A stretch of 64,000 nt of DNA. Origin: Ignavibacteriaceae bacterium (lineage in GTDB: Bacteria; Bacteroidota; Ignavibacteria; Ignavibacteriales; Ignavibacteriaceae). The stretch lies in assembly GCA_046705645.1 (NCBI GenBank), contig JBJKQE010000063.1, positions 12,486-76,485 of the forward strand. The letters are read 5' to 3'. Positions 17,469-26,127 of this stretch are shown piece by piece; position 1 is the first letter of the stretch; each line of letters opens with the position of its first letter. The notes beneath the pieces were generated by a model. The model ran no database searches. It was given only the letters and a program-made list of their open reading frames with translations, and was not told the origin of the DNA. The translations under genes were made by a program, and so were the position numbers.

Positions 17469-18230
17469 ATGAACGAAATAGTTATATATAAAACGCCGGA
17501 CAATGAAACTAAAGTAGAAGTTCGATTTGAAGAAGAAACGGTTTGGTTGAATCAGAACCAAATCGTTAGTTTATTTCATTCAAGCAAAGCAACAATAAGC
17601 GAACATATTAAAAATATATACTCAGTAAAGGAATTAGATAAAGGATCAACTGTTCGGAAATACCGAACAGTTCAAAAGGAAGGGAACAGGAATGTCACAA
17701 GAGAGAGATTATATTATAATCTCGATATTATAATTTCAATTGGATACAGAGTAAATACAAAACGAGGAATCTTATTTCGCCAGTGGGCAACTCAAAAGCT
17801 GAAAGATTATCTTGTCCAGGGTTACGCAATAAATCAAAAGCGTTTGGAAGAAAGAGAACTGGAATTAAAATATTTGAAGTCGGGCATTTCAATAATTAAA
17901 AGAACGATCGAGAACCAATCAATAAATTTTGATGATGCAAAAAAACTGACTTCACTCTTGGAAGATTTTTCATCCGGACTATCTTTACTTGACGATTATG
18001 ACCATGGAAAACTTGATGTTAAAGGTAAGAGCAGGAAAAAGACGATAATTATAAAATCTCATGAATACAAAAAGCTAATTGAAGCAATGAGAAAGGAATT
18101 TAAGTCAAAACTATTTGGAAAAGAAAAAGACCGAAGTTTTGAAAGCTCGATTTCTCAAATTTATCAAAGCTTTAACGGTAAAGAGCTATATTCTTCAATT
18201 GATGAAAAAGCGCTATGCTGCTTTACCTAA
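17469..18230 (+). CDS. RhuM-family virulence-protein domain (N-terminal part of a RhuM-Fic/Doc fusion, frameshifted)
   Basis: IVIYKTPDNETKVEVRFEEETVWLNQNQIVSLF...YYNLDIIISIGYRVNTKRGILFRQWATQKLKDY is the RhuM pattern. Confidence 0.8.
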   Translation: MNEIVIYKTPDNETKVEVRFEEETVWLNQNQIVSLFHSSKATISEHIKNIYSVKELDKGSTVRKYRTVQKEGNRNVTRERLYYNLDIIISIGYRVNTKRGILFRQWATQKLKDYLVQGYAINQKRLEERELELKYLKSGISIIKRTIENQSINFDDAKKLTSLLEDFSSGLSLLDDYDHGKLDVKGKSRKKTIIIKSHEYKKLIEAMRKEFKSKLFGKEKDRSFESSISQIYQSFNGKELYSSIDEKALCCFT

Positions 18231-18457
18231 TTGTGAAAAATCATTCTTTTATAGATGGCAATAAACGTATTGCTGCTGCATGTTTTTTATATTTCCTTGA
18301 AAGGAATAAGATTTTATACAAATCAAAAGGATCACCGATAATAAGCAACGATGCAGTGGCTTCAATTACATTACTGATTGCAGAAAGTAAGCCTGAAGAA
18401 ATGCAAACCGTTAAGAATGTCATTATAAGTATATTAAATAGAAACGCTGAAGGATAA
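18206..18457 (+). CDS. Fic/Doc domain fragment (C-terminal part of the RhuM-Fic/Doc fusion)
   Basis: This -1 frame reads (K)SAMLLYLIVKNHSFIDGNKRIAAACFLYFL, containing the HxFxDGNKR Fic/Doc motif. The track ORF starts at ATG 18215. Confidence 0.8.
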   Translation, partial: KSAMLLYLIVKNHSFIDGNKRIAAACFLYFLERNKILYKSKGSPIISNDAVASITLLIAESKPEEMQTVKNVIISILNRNAEG

Positions 18458-18478
18458 ATTTAAAAACGAAAAAGATAG

Positions 18479-21400
18479 ATGTCAGAATTTAAAACTGCCG
18501 GAAGGCAAGCCGGAAGAAATACAAAACAAGTAATCGGGGCATGTTTAGGAGCTTCTTCTATTTCTTTTGTAAGAATTACAAAAGATAATTCTCTAATAAC
18601 CATTAACAATGTATTAACACTTCCGCATAACGGAGATCCTAAAAAAGTATTCAAAGAAAAATTAATTGAATTTACTAACGGAAACATTCCCATCGTAGTA
18701 ACCGGCAGAAAATTTAGAAACCTGGTAAGATTCACAAACATCCCGGAACCTGAAGCAACAGAATATGCTTTTACATTTCTTAATAAAAATAAAGAACCTT
18801 ATTCCGCAATAGCATCGCTCGGTGGAGAGACTTTTATGGTTTACACATTGGATGATGAAGGAAAAATTTCCAATGTTATTACTCGCAACCAGTGTGCTTC
18901 CGGTACCGGTGAATTCTTCCTTCAGCAGATTAAGAGAATGAATTTAGGATTGGATGAAGTAATCGATATTGCTAAAGATGCAGAACCGTTTAAAGTATCC
19001 GGCAGGTGCTCTGTATTCTGTAAATCGGACTGCACACACGCATTAAACAAAGGAATAAAAAAATCAGAAGTTACAGCCGGACTCTCTCAAATGATGGCGG
19101 AAAAGGTTGAGGATCTTCTTAAAAAAGTTAAGCCTGGAAAAGTTTTAGTTGTAGGCGGAGTAACTAAAAATTCAGTTGTCATTGAATTTCTAAAAAAACA
19201 GGTTCCGGAAATTGTTATTCCTAATGAAGCTTCTTATTTTGAAGCTTTAGGAGCGGCACTTTACGGACTTGAACATGAAGTAAATATTATTGAAGATCAT
19301 GAAGATATTTTTATTCCAAGAAAAAGCTCTTTTGTTTTTCATCAGCCGCTGGGAAAGTATAAAGATAAAGTTCACTTCAAATCAATGGAGAAAGGAAAAG
19401 CAAAAGACGGTGACATCTGCATTCTGGGACTTGACGTCGGCTCAACAACTACAAAAGCAGTAATAATTAGAAAATCCGATAATAAAATTCTCGGTTCGGT
19501 TTATCTTTATACACATGGCAACCCGGTTGAAGCTTCAAGAAAATGTTATTCGGAATTAATCCGGCAGATTCCCGAGAAAATAAATATAATAGGAATCGGC
19601 ACGACCGGTTCAGGACGACAAATAGCAGGACTTCATGCTTTAACTGAAGGAGTAATAAATGAAATCGTAGCTCACGCGACTGCTGCAGTTTATTTTGATC
19701 AGGAAGTTGATACAATTTTTGAAATAGGCGGACAGGATGCAAAGTATACTTACATAGTAAATAAAATTCCTGCAGACTATGCAATGAATGAAGCCTGTTC
19801 AGCAGGAACCGGATCTTTTATTGAAGAATCTGCTTACGAATCTCTCGGGATAAAAGTCACGGAGATAGAGCCAATCGCAATGAAAGGTGAATTGCCGCCA
19901 AACTTCAGTGATCAATGTGCGGCTTTTATAAGCTCAGATATAAAAACAGCGCTGCAGGAAAATATTATTAAAGAAGATATAGTCGCCGGGCTGGTTTATT
20001 CAATTTGCATGAATTATGTGAATCGTGTTAAAGGCAACCGTCCCATAGGTAAAAAAATATTTATGCAGGGCGGAGTATGTTATAATAAGGCAATTCCTAT
20101 TGCAATGGCTGCGCTGACTAATAAAGAAATTATTGTTCCTCCTGAACCTGGCTTAATGGGTGCGTTTGGAGTTGCATTTGAGATAAAAGAAAAAATTGAT
20201 TTGGGCTTAATGAAATCCGGAAAATTCTCTTTAAAAGAATTAGCAGAAAGAGAAGTAAGTTTTAGGAAGCCTTTTATTTGTGCCGGAGGAATTGAAAAGT
20301 GCGATCTTGCTTGTCCGATAAATCTAATTACAGTTCAGGGTAAAACTTATCCCTTCGGCGGGGCTTGTAATAAATATTATAATCTATTCAATAAGACCAA
20401 AGTTGATGTTGATAAATATGATTATATACAAAAACGTCATGACCTTACATTCGAAAAATTTTGCCTACCCCCCGCCCTACTTCCAAAAGAAGAGGGAGAA
20501 AACCTCACAACAACAATAGGAATAAATCAATCTTTTCATACTCATACAATTTATCCGCTTTATTATAATTTTTTTACTAAGCTTGGATTTAAAGTAATCC
20601 TTTCGGATAAAGTTGATGAGCAGGGACTTGAAAGAGAAAATACTTCTTTCTGCTATCCGGCTCAATTATCCTTAGGATTATTTGCAGATTTAATTAAGAA
20701 AAATCCGGACTATTATTTCATTCCCGAAATCTTTGAAATGTATGTAAATGATTCCAGTCATCACAGGCTTGATTTTAACAGCACATGTGTATTTGTAAGC
20801 GGAGAACCTTTTTACTTAAAACAGGCATTTAAGGATCTCGTCCCGGAAGAGAAATTAATTACTCCATATTTTAATTTTGCGAACGGCTATGATAAAGAAG
20901 AACAGAAATTTATTGAAGTCGGAAGACAATTGGGCATAAATGATGAAGAGAAAATAAAAGAAGCTTTTCATTTTGCACTTAAGATACAAGATGATTACAC
21001 AAATGAACTTTTTGAAATGGGAAGACAGTTTACTGAGTTTTTGAAACAGCATCCGCAAGAAATGGCAATTGTTCTTGTTGGTAGACCATACAATTCATTT
21101 ACCGAATTCGCTAATAAAGGGATACCTAAAAAATTTGCTTCGCGCGGAGTGTACGTTGTCCCTTACGATATGTTCGATTACAGGAATGAAATTATTGATG
21201 ACAATCAGTACTGGGAAGGCGGAAAGAAAATATTAAAAATTGCAAGGATTATAAAAAATAATCCGCAGTTTTTTGCAACGTATATTTCAAATTTTTCTTG
21301 CGGACCGGATTCATTTTTATTGACGACATTTCGTTCAATTATGGGAACCAAACCTTCTTTAACTTTGGAACTGGACGGTCATACTGCCGACGCCGGAATA

Positions 21401-22861
21401 AATACAAGGATTGACGCCGCTCTAGATATAATTAAAAATTACAGAAAGATTCAAAATAAAATAAGCGATCCGGATTACAGCGATTTTGTTCCTGCAAGAA
21501 TTGAGTTCGGTTCCGATCAGGGATACTTTATTACTTCTGAAGGAGAAAGAATTCCTTTATCGGATCCAAAAGTCGATATATTAATCCCTTCCATGGGAGA
21601 TCTTGCAGCACCAATGTTTGCCGCCGGCTTAAGAAGCCAGGGATTTAATGCTATTGCAATGCCGGAAGGAAATCCGGAAATTCTAAAATTAGGAAGATCG
21701 GTATCAACCGGGAAAGAATGCCTTCCGCTGCTCATGTGTGTTGGTTCTTTGCTAGATTATTTAGAAAATAAATGGGACGGGAGACAGTATGTTGCCTTCT
21801 TTCTTGTCTACGGCGCCGGAAACTGCAGACTTGGACAGTATCCTGTTTTTATGCGTGAGTTTATTAAAAGAAAAAAATTAAGAAATGTTACAACCTTAAC
21901 TTTAATGAATGAAGACGGCTTTGCAGGTTTAGGACCTAATTTTGCTCTGCGAGGAATACAGACCTTGTTTGTAAGTGATGTTCTCGACGATATCCGCTCC
22001 GGAATTATGGCTCATGCTTCAAACCCTGATGAGGGATTAAAAACATTTTATAAAGGCTATGATGAATTAAACAAAGTTTTTGAGAAAGAACCTGATAATA
22101 TTTATAAAGCATTAAAAAAGTTTTCGGAATTAATAAAAGAAAAAGTAACTGCCAAAGTCCCTATTCATCAAGCTAAATATATAGCTATGTGCGGTGAGAT
22201 TTATGTAAGACGAGATCACTTTTCACATAAATGGCTGAATAAACATTTCGCTAAGAAAGGGTTTATTCTTAAAGATTCTTATGTATCGGAGTGGATTTAT
22301 TATGTCGATTATCTTTTAAAACAAAAGCTGTTGGAACCTGATACCGCTTTGAAACAAAAACTTGAAAGATGGATTAGAGTAATTTACATGAGGATTGCAG
22401 AATACAGAATTAAAAAGATATTATCGAAAACCGGCTATTATAAATTTTCATTAACAAAAGTGGAAGCTTTGCTGAAGAGAAGCAAGCACATTATACCAAT
22501 GGAATATAAAGGCGAACCTGGACTAACATTAGGCGTAGCACTTCACGAAAGCTTGGATAAATATTGCGGAGTAATTAATCTTGGACCATTCGGATGTATG
22601 CCTACAAGATTTACCGAAGCACTAGCGGCTTCGGAAATGAAAGTCGAGAATAAAATTTTTGCCGAAAGAATTATTAACAAGAATTATAAACTACCTGAAC
22701 TCTTCAACGGCAAAACGAATATTCCTTTTTTAACTATTGAAACTGATGGGAATGTTTATCCACAGGTAATTGAAGCAAGGCTTGAAACATTTGCATTACA
22801 GGCTGAACGAACTGCCGGCTTAATGAAAAAAGCAAAGTTAAACGGATATGGGAAATTATAA
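18479..22861 (+). CDS. 1460-aa fusion of two BcrAD/BadFG (HgdC-type) activase ATPase modules with two dehydratase-like (DUF2229-type) modules. PlsA/PlsR-like or GeR-like candidate.
   Basis: ATPase module 2 starts ILGLDVGSTTTKAVII. Both modules keep the Cys pairs NQCASGTG / GRCSVFC and NEACSAGTG / SDQCAAFIS. A Cys-rich linker CAGGIEKCDLACP follows. The motifs NFSCGPDSF and NLGPFGCMP are repeated in the C-terminal half. Confidence 0.85.
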   Translation: MSEFKTAGRQAGRNTKQVIGACLGASSISFVRITKDNSLITINNVLTLPHNGDPKKVFKEKLIEFTNGNIPIVVTGRKFRNLVRFTNIPEPEATEYAFTFLNKNKEPYSAIASLGGETFMVYTLDDEGKISNVITRNQCASGTGEFFLQQIKRMNLGLDEVIDIAKDAEPFKVSGRCSVFCKSDCTHALNKGIKKSEVTAGLSQMMAEKVEDLLKKVKPGKVLVVGGVTKNSVVIEFLKKQVPEIVIPNEASYFEALGAALYGLEHEVNIIEDHEDIFIPRKSSFVFHQPLGKYKDKVHFKSMEKGKAKDGDICILGLDVGSTTTKAVIIRKSDNKILGSVYLYTHGNPVEASRKCYSELIRQIPEKINIIGIGTTGSGRQIAGLHALTEGVINEIVAHATAAVYFDQEVDTIFEIGGQDAKYTYIVNKIPADYAMNEACSAGTGSFIEESAYESLGIKVTEIEPIAMKGELPPNFSDQCAAFISSDIKTALQENIIKEDIVAGLVYSICMNYVNRVKGNRPIGKKIFMQGGVCYNKAIPIAMAALTNKEIIVPPEPGLMGAFGVAFEIKEKIDLGLMKSGKFSLKELAEREVSFRKPFICAGGIEKCDLACPINLITVQGKTYPFGGACNKYYNLFNKTKVDVDKYDYIQKRHDLTFEKFCLPPALLPKEEGENLTTTIGINQSFHTHTIYPLYYNFFTKLGFKVILSDKVDEQGLERENTSFCYPAQLSLGLFADLIKKNPDYYFIPEIFEMYVNDSSHHRLDFNSTCVFVSGEPFYLKQAFKDLVPEEKLITPYFNFANGYDKEEQKFIEVGRQLGINDEEKIKEAFHFALKIQDDYTNELFEMGRQFTEFLKQHPQEMAIVLVGRPYNSFTEFANKGIPKKFASRGVYVVPYDMFDYRNEIIDDNQYWEGGKKILKIARIIKNNPQFFATYISNFSCGPDSFLLTTFRSIMGTKPSLTLELDGHTADAGINTRIDAALDIIKNYRKIQNKISDPDYSDFVPARIEFGSDQGYFITSEGERIPLSDPKVDILIPSMGDLAAPMFAAGLRSQGFNAIAMPEGNPEILKLGRSVSTGKECLPLLMCVGSLLDYLENKWDGRQYVAFFLVYGAGNCRLGQYPVFMREFIKRKKLRNVTTLTLMNEDGFAGLGPNFALRGIQTLFVSDVLDDIRSGIMAHASNPDEGLKTFYKGYDELNKVFEKEPDNIYKALKKFSELIKEKVTAKVPIHQAKYIAMCGEIYVRRDHFSHKWLNKHFAKKGFILKDSYVSEWIYYVDYLLKQKLLEPDTALKQKLERWIRVIYMRIAEYRIKKILSKTGYYKFSLTKVEALLKRSKHIIPMEYKGEPGLTLGVALHESLDKYCGVINLGPFGCMPTRFTEALAASEMKVENKIFAERIINKNYKLPELFNGKTNIPFLTIETDGNVYPQVIEARLETFALQAERTAGLMKKAKLNGYGKL

Positions 22862-22987
22862 GAGAGGATATTTATATATTATAAAAATAAACCTAGAATA
22901 AATAAATTTCGTTATTGTAAGATAGAACCTATTATATCCGGATTAAAATAACAGAAAACTGGTGTTTAAATTTAATTAAGCTTAATT

Positions 22988-23506
22988 CTATTTTATTTCA
23001 CTATTATGATTTACTTTTAAATGCGGATTTGGCCGATAATCTTGGGATTGATTTGATTCCTCAATACTCAATTCTTTTGCTATTCTTTCAAAATCGGGGA
23101 AATAGATAGTTGCTCCTTGAAACTTAAGAATTCCGCTTACATAAGGAATTTGTGTTGTGGGTTTAAAATCCAATGATTTCTCAACAAAGATTTGATCAAG
23201 AGCCAGTATTTCTATTATTTTATCTACGGTATATGCAAATTTTTTACCGAAAATATTTACAAGAATAATTCTTTCTTCCGGGTTTTTCCGGTTAAATTTT
23301 TCTTCGGCAGTTCTAAAAGTTTGAATAATTTTATATTGTTCACTTTTATAGATTATAAAATCTCCACCTAAACGTGCAAGCTTATTTAACTCATCAATTT
23401 TTAATATTGAATCTATAATGTCAAGCGAAGTGCAATATTCTTGCTCTCCAATTTTAAAGGTAACTATCCCATGTGTAGTTTTAAACAAAGAAGAGGAATC
23501 CGTCAT
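22988..23506 (-). CDS. Divergent CheW-like domain protein
   Basis: VTFKIGEQEYCTSLDIIDSIL...RIILVNIFGKKFAYTVDKIIEILALD...YVSGILKFQGATIYFPDFERI follows the CheW pattern (F.lg.e.Y...i..V.eI; vv.....g...g..VD.v.ev). Confidence 0.5.
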   Translation of the reverse strand: MTDSSSLFKTTHGIVTFKIGEQEYCTSLDIIDSILKIDELNKLARLGGDFIIYKSEQYKIIQTFRTAEEKFNRKNPEERIILVNIFGKKFAYTVDKIIEILALDQIFVEKSLDFKPTTQIPYVSGILKFQGATIYFPDFERIAKELSIEESNQSQDYRPNPHLKVNHNSEIK

Positions 23507-24091
23507 ATATTTAACCCGGCATTATTAAAAATTAGGTACTCTCCTTTAATAAAATTCTAACGAAAAGAAGTAATTTAAATTTTATTCGATATTAATTATT
23601 TCCCATTAATTACAAACGATAAGTTGCTTATATCAATAATTTATTATTAATTCATCCGAAATAATATGAAAATTTTTTGTATATATAATAAAATTAAATA
23701 ACTCCAAATTAAAATAAAAAATATTATTTAACTCGTGCAAGATTATAATTATTAATTTTAACCTAAAAAGTCGTCTTTGTCACATAAATTATTATCGTTC
23801 TGTTTATTTAAAATCATTTATGCAAGCATATTCAACCGGAAATACGCAAATAAAAAATTTTAATTTTTACAATTTATTTATGACCATGTCTATTAGGCTC
23901 AATTTATAAAGGACCAATAAGTAATAATTACATCATCTTTTACGAACTTACCTAAAATTTTCCATCCATTTTTTTAAAAAACTTAAAAAGACACCTTTTG
24001 CTATTTATTTCGCAAATATTTCTTTGGTTCCAAATTTGTAGTCGAATATTTAATCAAATAAAAAACATCAAAAAGCATCAAGAATATTCAA

Positions 24092-25882
24092 ATGAAAATT
24101 CTTAGACTGACTTTAATAGCTACTCTATTTGCTCTTACAGCTATTAATTCACAGATTATTAATAACAATTTTCTGGTTACTGAAAGTAACGATACTGCTT
24201 ATACGGTAATTCTACAGCTAAGTGTAAATCAGAATACTTCTCTTTTAGGAAATTCAGTAGTTCGTTTTTCTTATGATACAAATGCTTTTTATTTTCCGCA
24301 GGTTCCTAAAGAAAATGTTGACTATCAGTTTTATAATCTCAACAATTCTGATTATTATTATTCCGTATCTCATCCTTCTTCAAATATTATTTCAATAAAT
24401 GTTGCCAATATATCGGGTACTGGAACTACTCTATCGAGCAATTATTTGAATATGGTAAGAATCCATTTTAGAAAAATAAAAGTTTCGGATAATGCGAATA
24501 TCCAGCCTGTTTTGAGACAATTTTTTAGCCCATTATCTTCCGATCTATGGAACCTGGGAAGCTGGCATTATTCTCCAGTTCCTCTAATTTTAACCGGAGC
24601 TGTAATATTAGATTCTGCAACTGTTGAACTTACATTTTCCGAACAGTTGGACAATACTTCTGCAACAGATGTTTCTAATTATACAATAGACAATAATATA
24701 ACGGTTAAAAGCGCAGTATTATCTTCAAATCTTACAAAAGTTACTCTTAAAACATCAACTCTTTTGTCCAACAAAACATATACTGTTACTGTTCAAAATG
24801 TAAAGGACAGTTTTGGGAATCCTATTTTAACCGGTAATAATTCATTCCAATATTATTATCAAGTAGATACCACGCCTCTAAATGTTTCAAGTGTAACTGT
24901 TAATAATAATCATACTGTAACAATTCAATTTAATAAAAGATTGAACATAGCATCCGCAGTTAATAAAAATAATTATAATTTTTCGAACAATTTACAAATA
25001 AGTCAATCAAAATTGCTGCCTGACTCAGAAACTGTTTCGTTAAAGACTTCAACCCTGCAAAAAAATACAACTTATAACCTTACTATTAAAAATGTGGAAG
25101 ACAGAGCAGGAAATATGATTGCCCCGAATCCTGTTATCGAAACACTTGCACTTCCTTCAAACGGCAACGGGACCCAAAAACAAAATCAATTCGTTCAAGC
25201 AACCTCAACCAGCTGGGTTCAGAATTATTCACCTGAAAATGTTATAAATAGCAGCGGAAGCAACAGCGATAGTTCAAGATGGTTAAGCGCAACTCCTATG
25301 CCAGATACAATTTCACTTGATATGGGACAAATAAATCCGCTAAATAGTTTACAAATTTCTTTTTACAAATGGGAAGCAGGCAGACTATATGAATATTCCA
25401 TTTACTCTTCGAAAAATGAACATAGCTGGAAGCCGCTAATAGAAAATGTATGGTCTGATAGTGCTCAATGGACTGAAGTTGATTTTGATTCGACAGATGC
25501 AAGATATATAAAAGTTGTATTAACCCAATCTAACCAAACTCAATGGGCAAGTATTTGGAAGATTGAAGCCTATGGAACATCCACAGAACCATTAAATAAT
25601 TTTAATTCAACCATACCAAATAAATTTGAACTTTCTCAAAATTATCCGAATCCATTTAATCCGTCAACTAAAATTGACTTTTCGGTGCCTCAAACAAGTA
25701 ATGTGGAAATTACTATTTATGATATTCTGGGTAATAAAGTAAAAGAATTGGTAAATGGTTTTAAGGACGAAGGAAATTACACAGTAGTATTTAATGCTTC
25801 AAATTTATCAAGCGGAATATATTTTTACCGGCTGCAGGCAGGTAATTTTATAGAAACAAAAAAAATGATCCTTCTAAAATAA
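24092..25882 (+). CDS. T9SS cargo protein: cohesin-like N-module, two SbsA/Big_5-type Ig-like repeats, an F5/8-type-C (discoidin) domain and a T9SS C-terminal sorting domain
   Basis: Signal peptide. Tandem repeats are VELTFSEQLDNTSATDVSNYTI... and VTIQFNKRLNIASAVNKNNYNF.... The discoidin-like segment reads RWLSATPMPDTISLDMG...ARYIKVVL...IWKIEAYG. The C-terminus is QNYPNPFNPSTKIDF...GIYFYRLQAGNFIETKKMILLK. Confidence 0.85.
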   Translation: MKILRLTLIATLFALTAINSQIINNNFLVTESNDTAYTVILQLSVNQNTSLLGNSVVRFSYDTNAFYFPQVPKENVDYQFYNLNNSDYYYSVSHPSSNIISINVANISGTGTTLSSNYLNMVRIHFRKIKVSDNANIQPVLRQFFSPLSSDLWNLGSWHYSPVPLILTGAVILDSATVELTFSEQLDNTSATDVSNYTIDNNITVKSAVLSSNLTKVTLKTSTLLSNKTYTVTVQNVKDSFGNPILTGNNSFQYYYQVDTTPLNVSSVTVNNNHTVTIQFNKRLNIASAVNKNNYNFSNNLQISQSKLLPDSETVSLKTSTLQKNTTYNLTIKNVEDRAGNMIAPNPVIETLALPSNGNGTQKQNQFVQATSTSWVQNYSPENVINSSGSNSDSSRWLSATPMPDTISLDMGQINPLNSLQISFYKWEAGRLYEYSIYSSKNEHSWKPLIENVWSDSAQWTEVDFDSTDARYIKVVLTQSNQTQWASIWKIEAYGTSTEPLNNFNSTIPNKFELSQNYPNPFNPSTKIDFSVPQTSNVEITIYDILGNKVKELVNGFKDEGNYTVVFNASNLSSGIYFYRLQAGNFIETKKMILLK

Positions 25883-26127
25883 TATTAACAATTCCGGTAA
25901 GAAATTTTATATATATCGGGGCATATTTGTCTTTTTCTCAATAATAATAAGGAAAACGACATAATTGGCTCTCATTGCCAGAACTGACGACAGAACCAAA
26001 ATCTATAACAAAAACACCTTCAATTTTGCGCAAAATATAAATAAAAATGCTGGTCTTAAACTTGATTGTAGTAATGTAATAGATGATATAGATGATTTAA
26101 GATTAGTTCGAAACAGGGAATTTACAG

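Noticed and set aside
18460-18741. 93-aa minus-strand ORF.
   Set aside because: It lies antisense to the start of the 1460-aa gene. No motifs.
25640-25670. A ~30-nt sequence (aattatccgaatccatttaatcc...) recurring at about 25640, 26665, 28090, 39190(-) and 63555(-), which could look like a dispersed DNA repeat.
   Set aside because: Each copy encodes the conserved NYPNPFNP(S/T)T motif of a T9SS C-terminal sorting domain. The similarity is protein-level conservation, not a mobile repeat.
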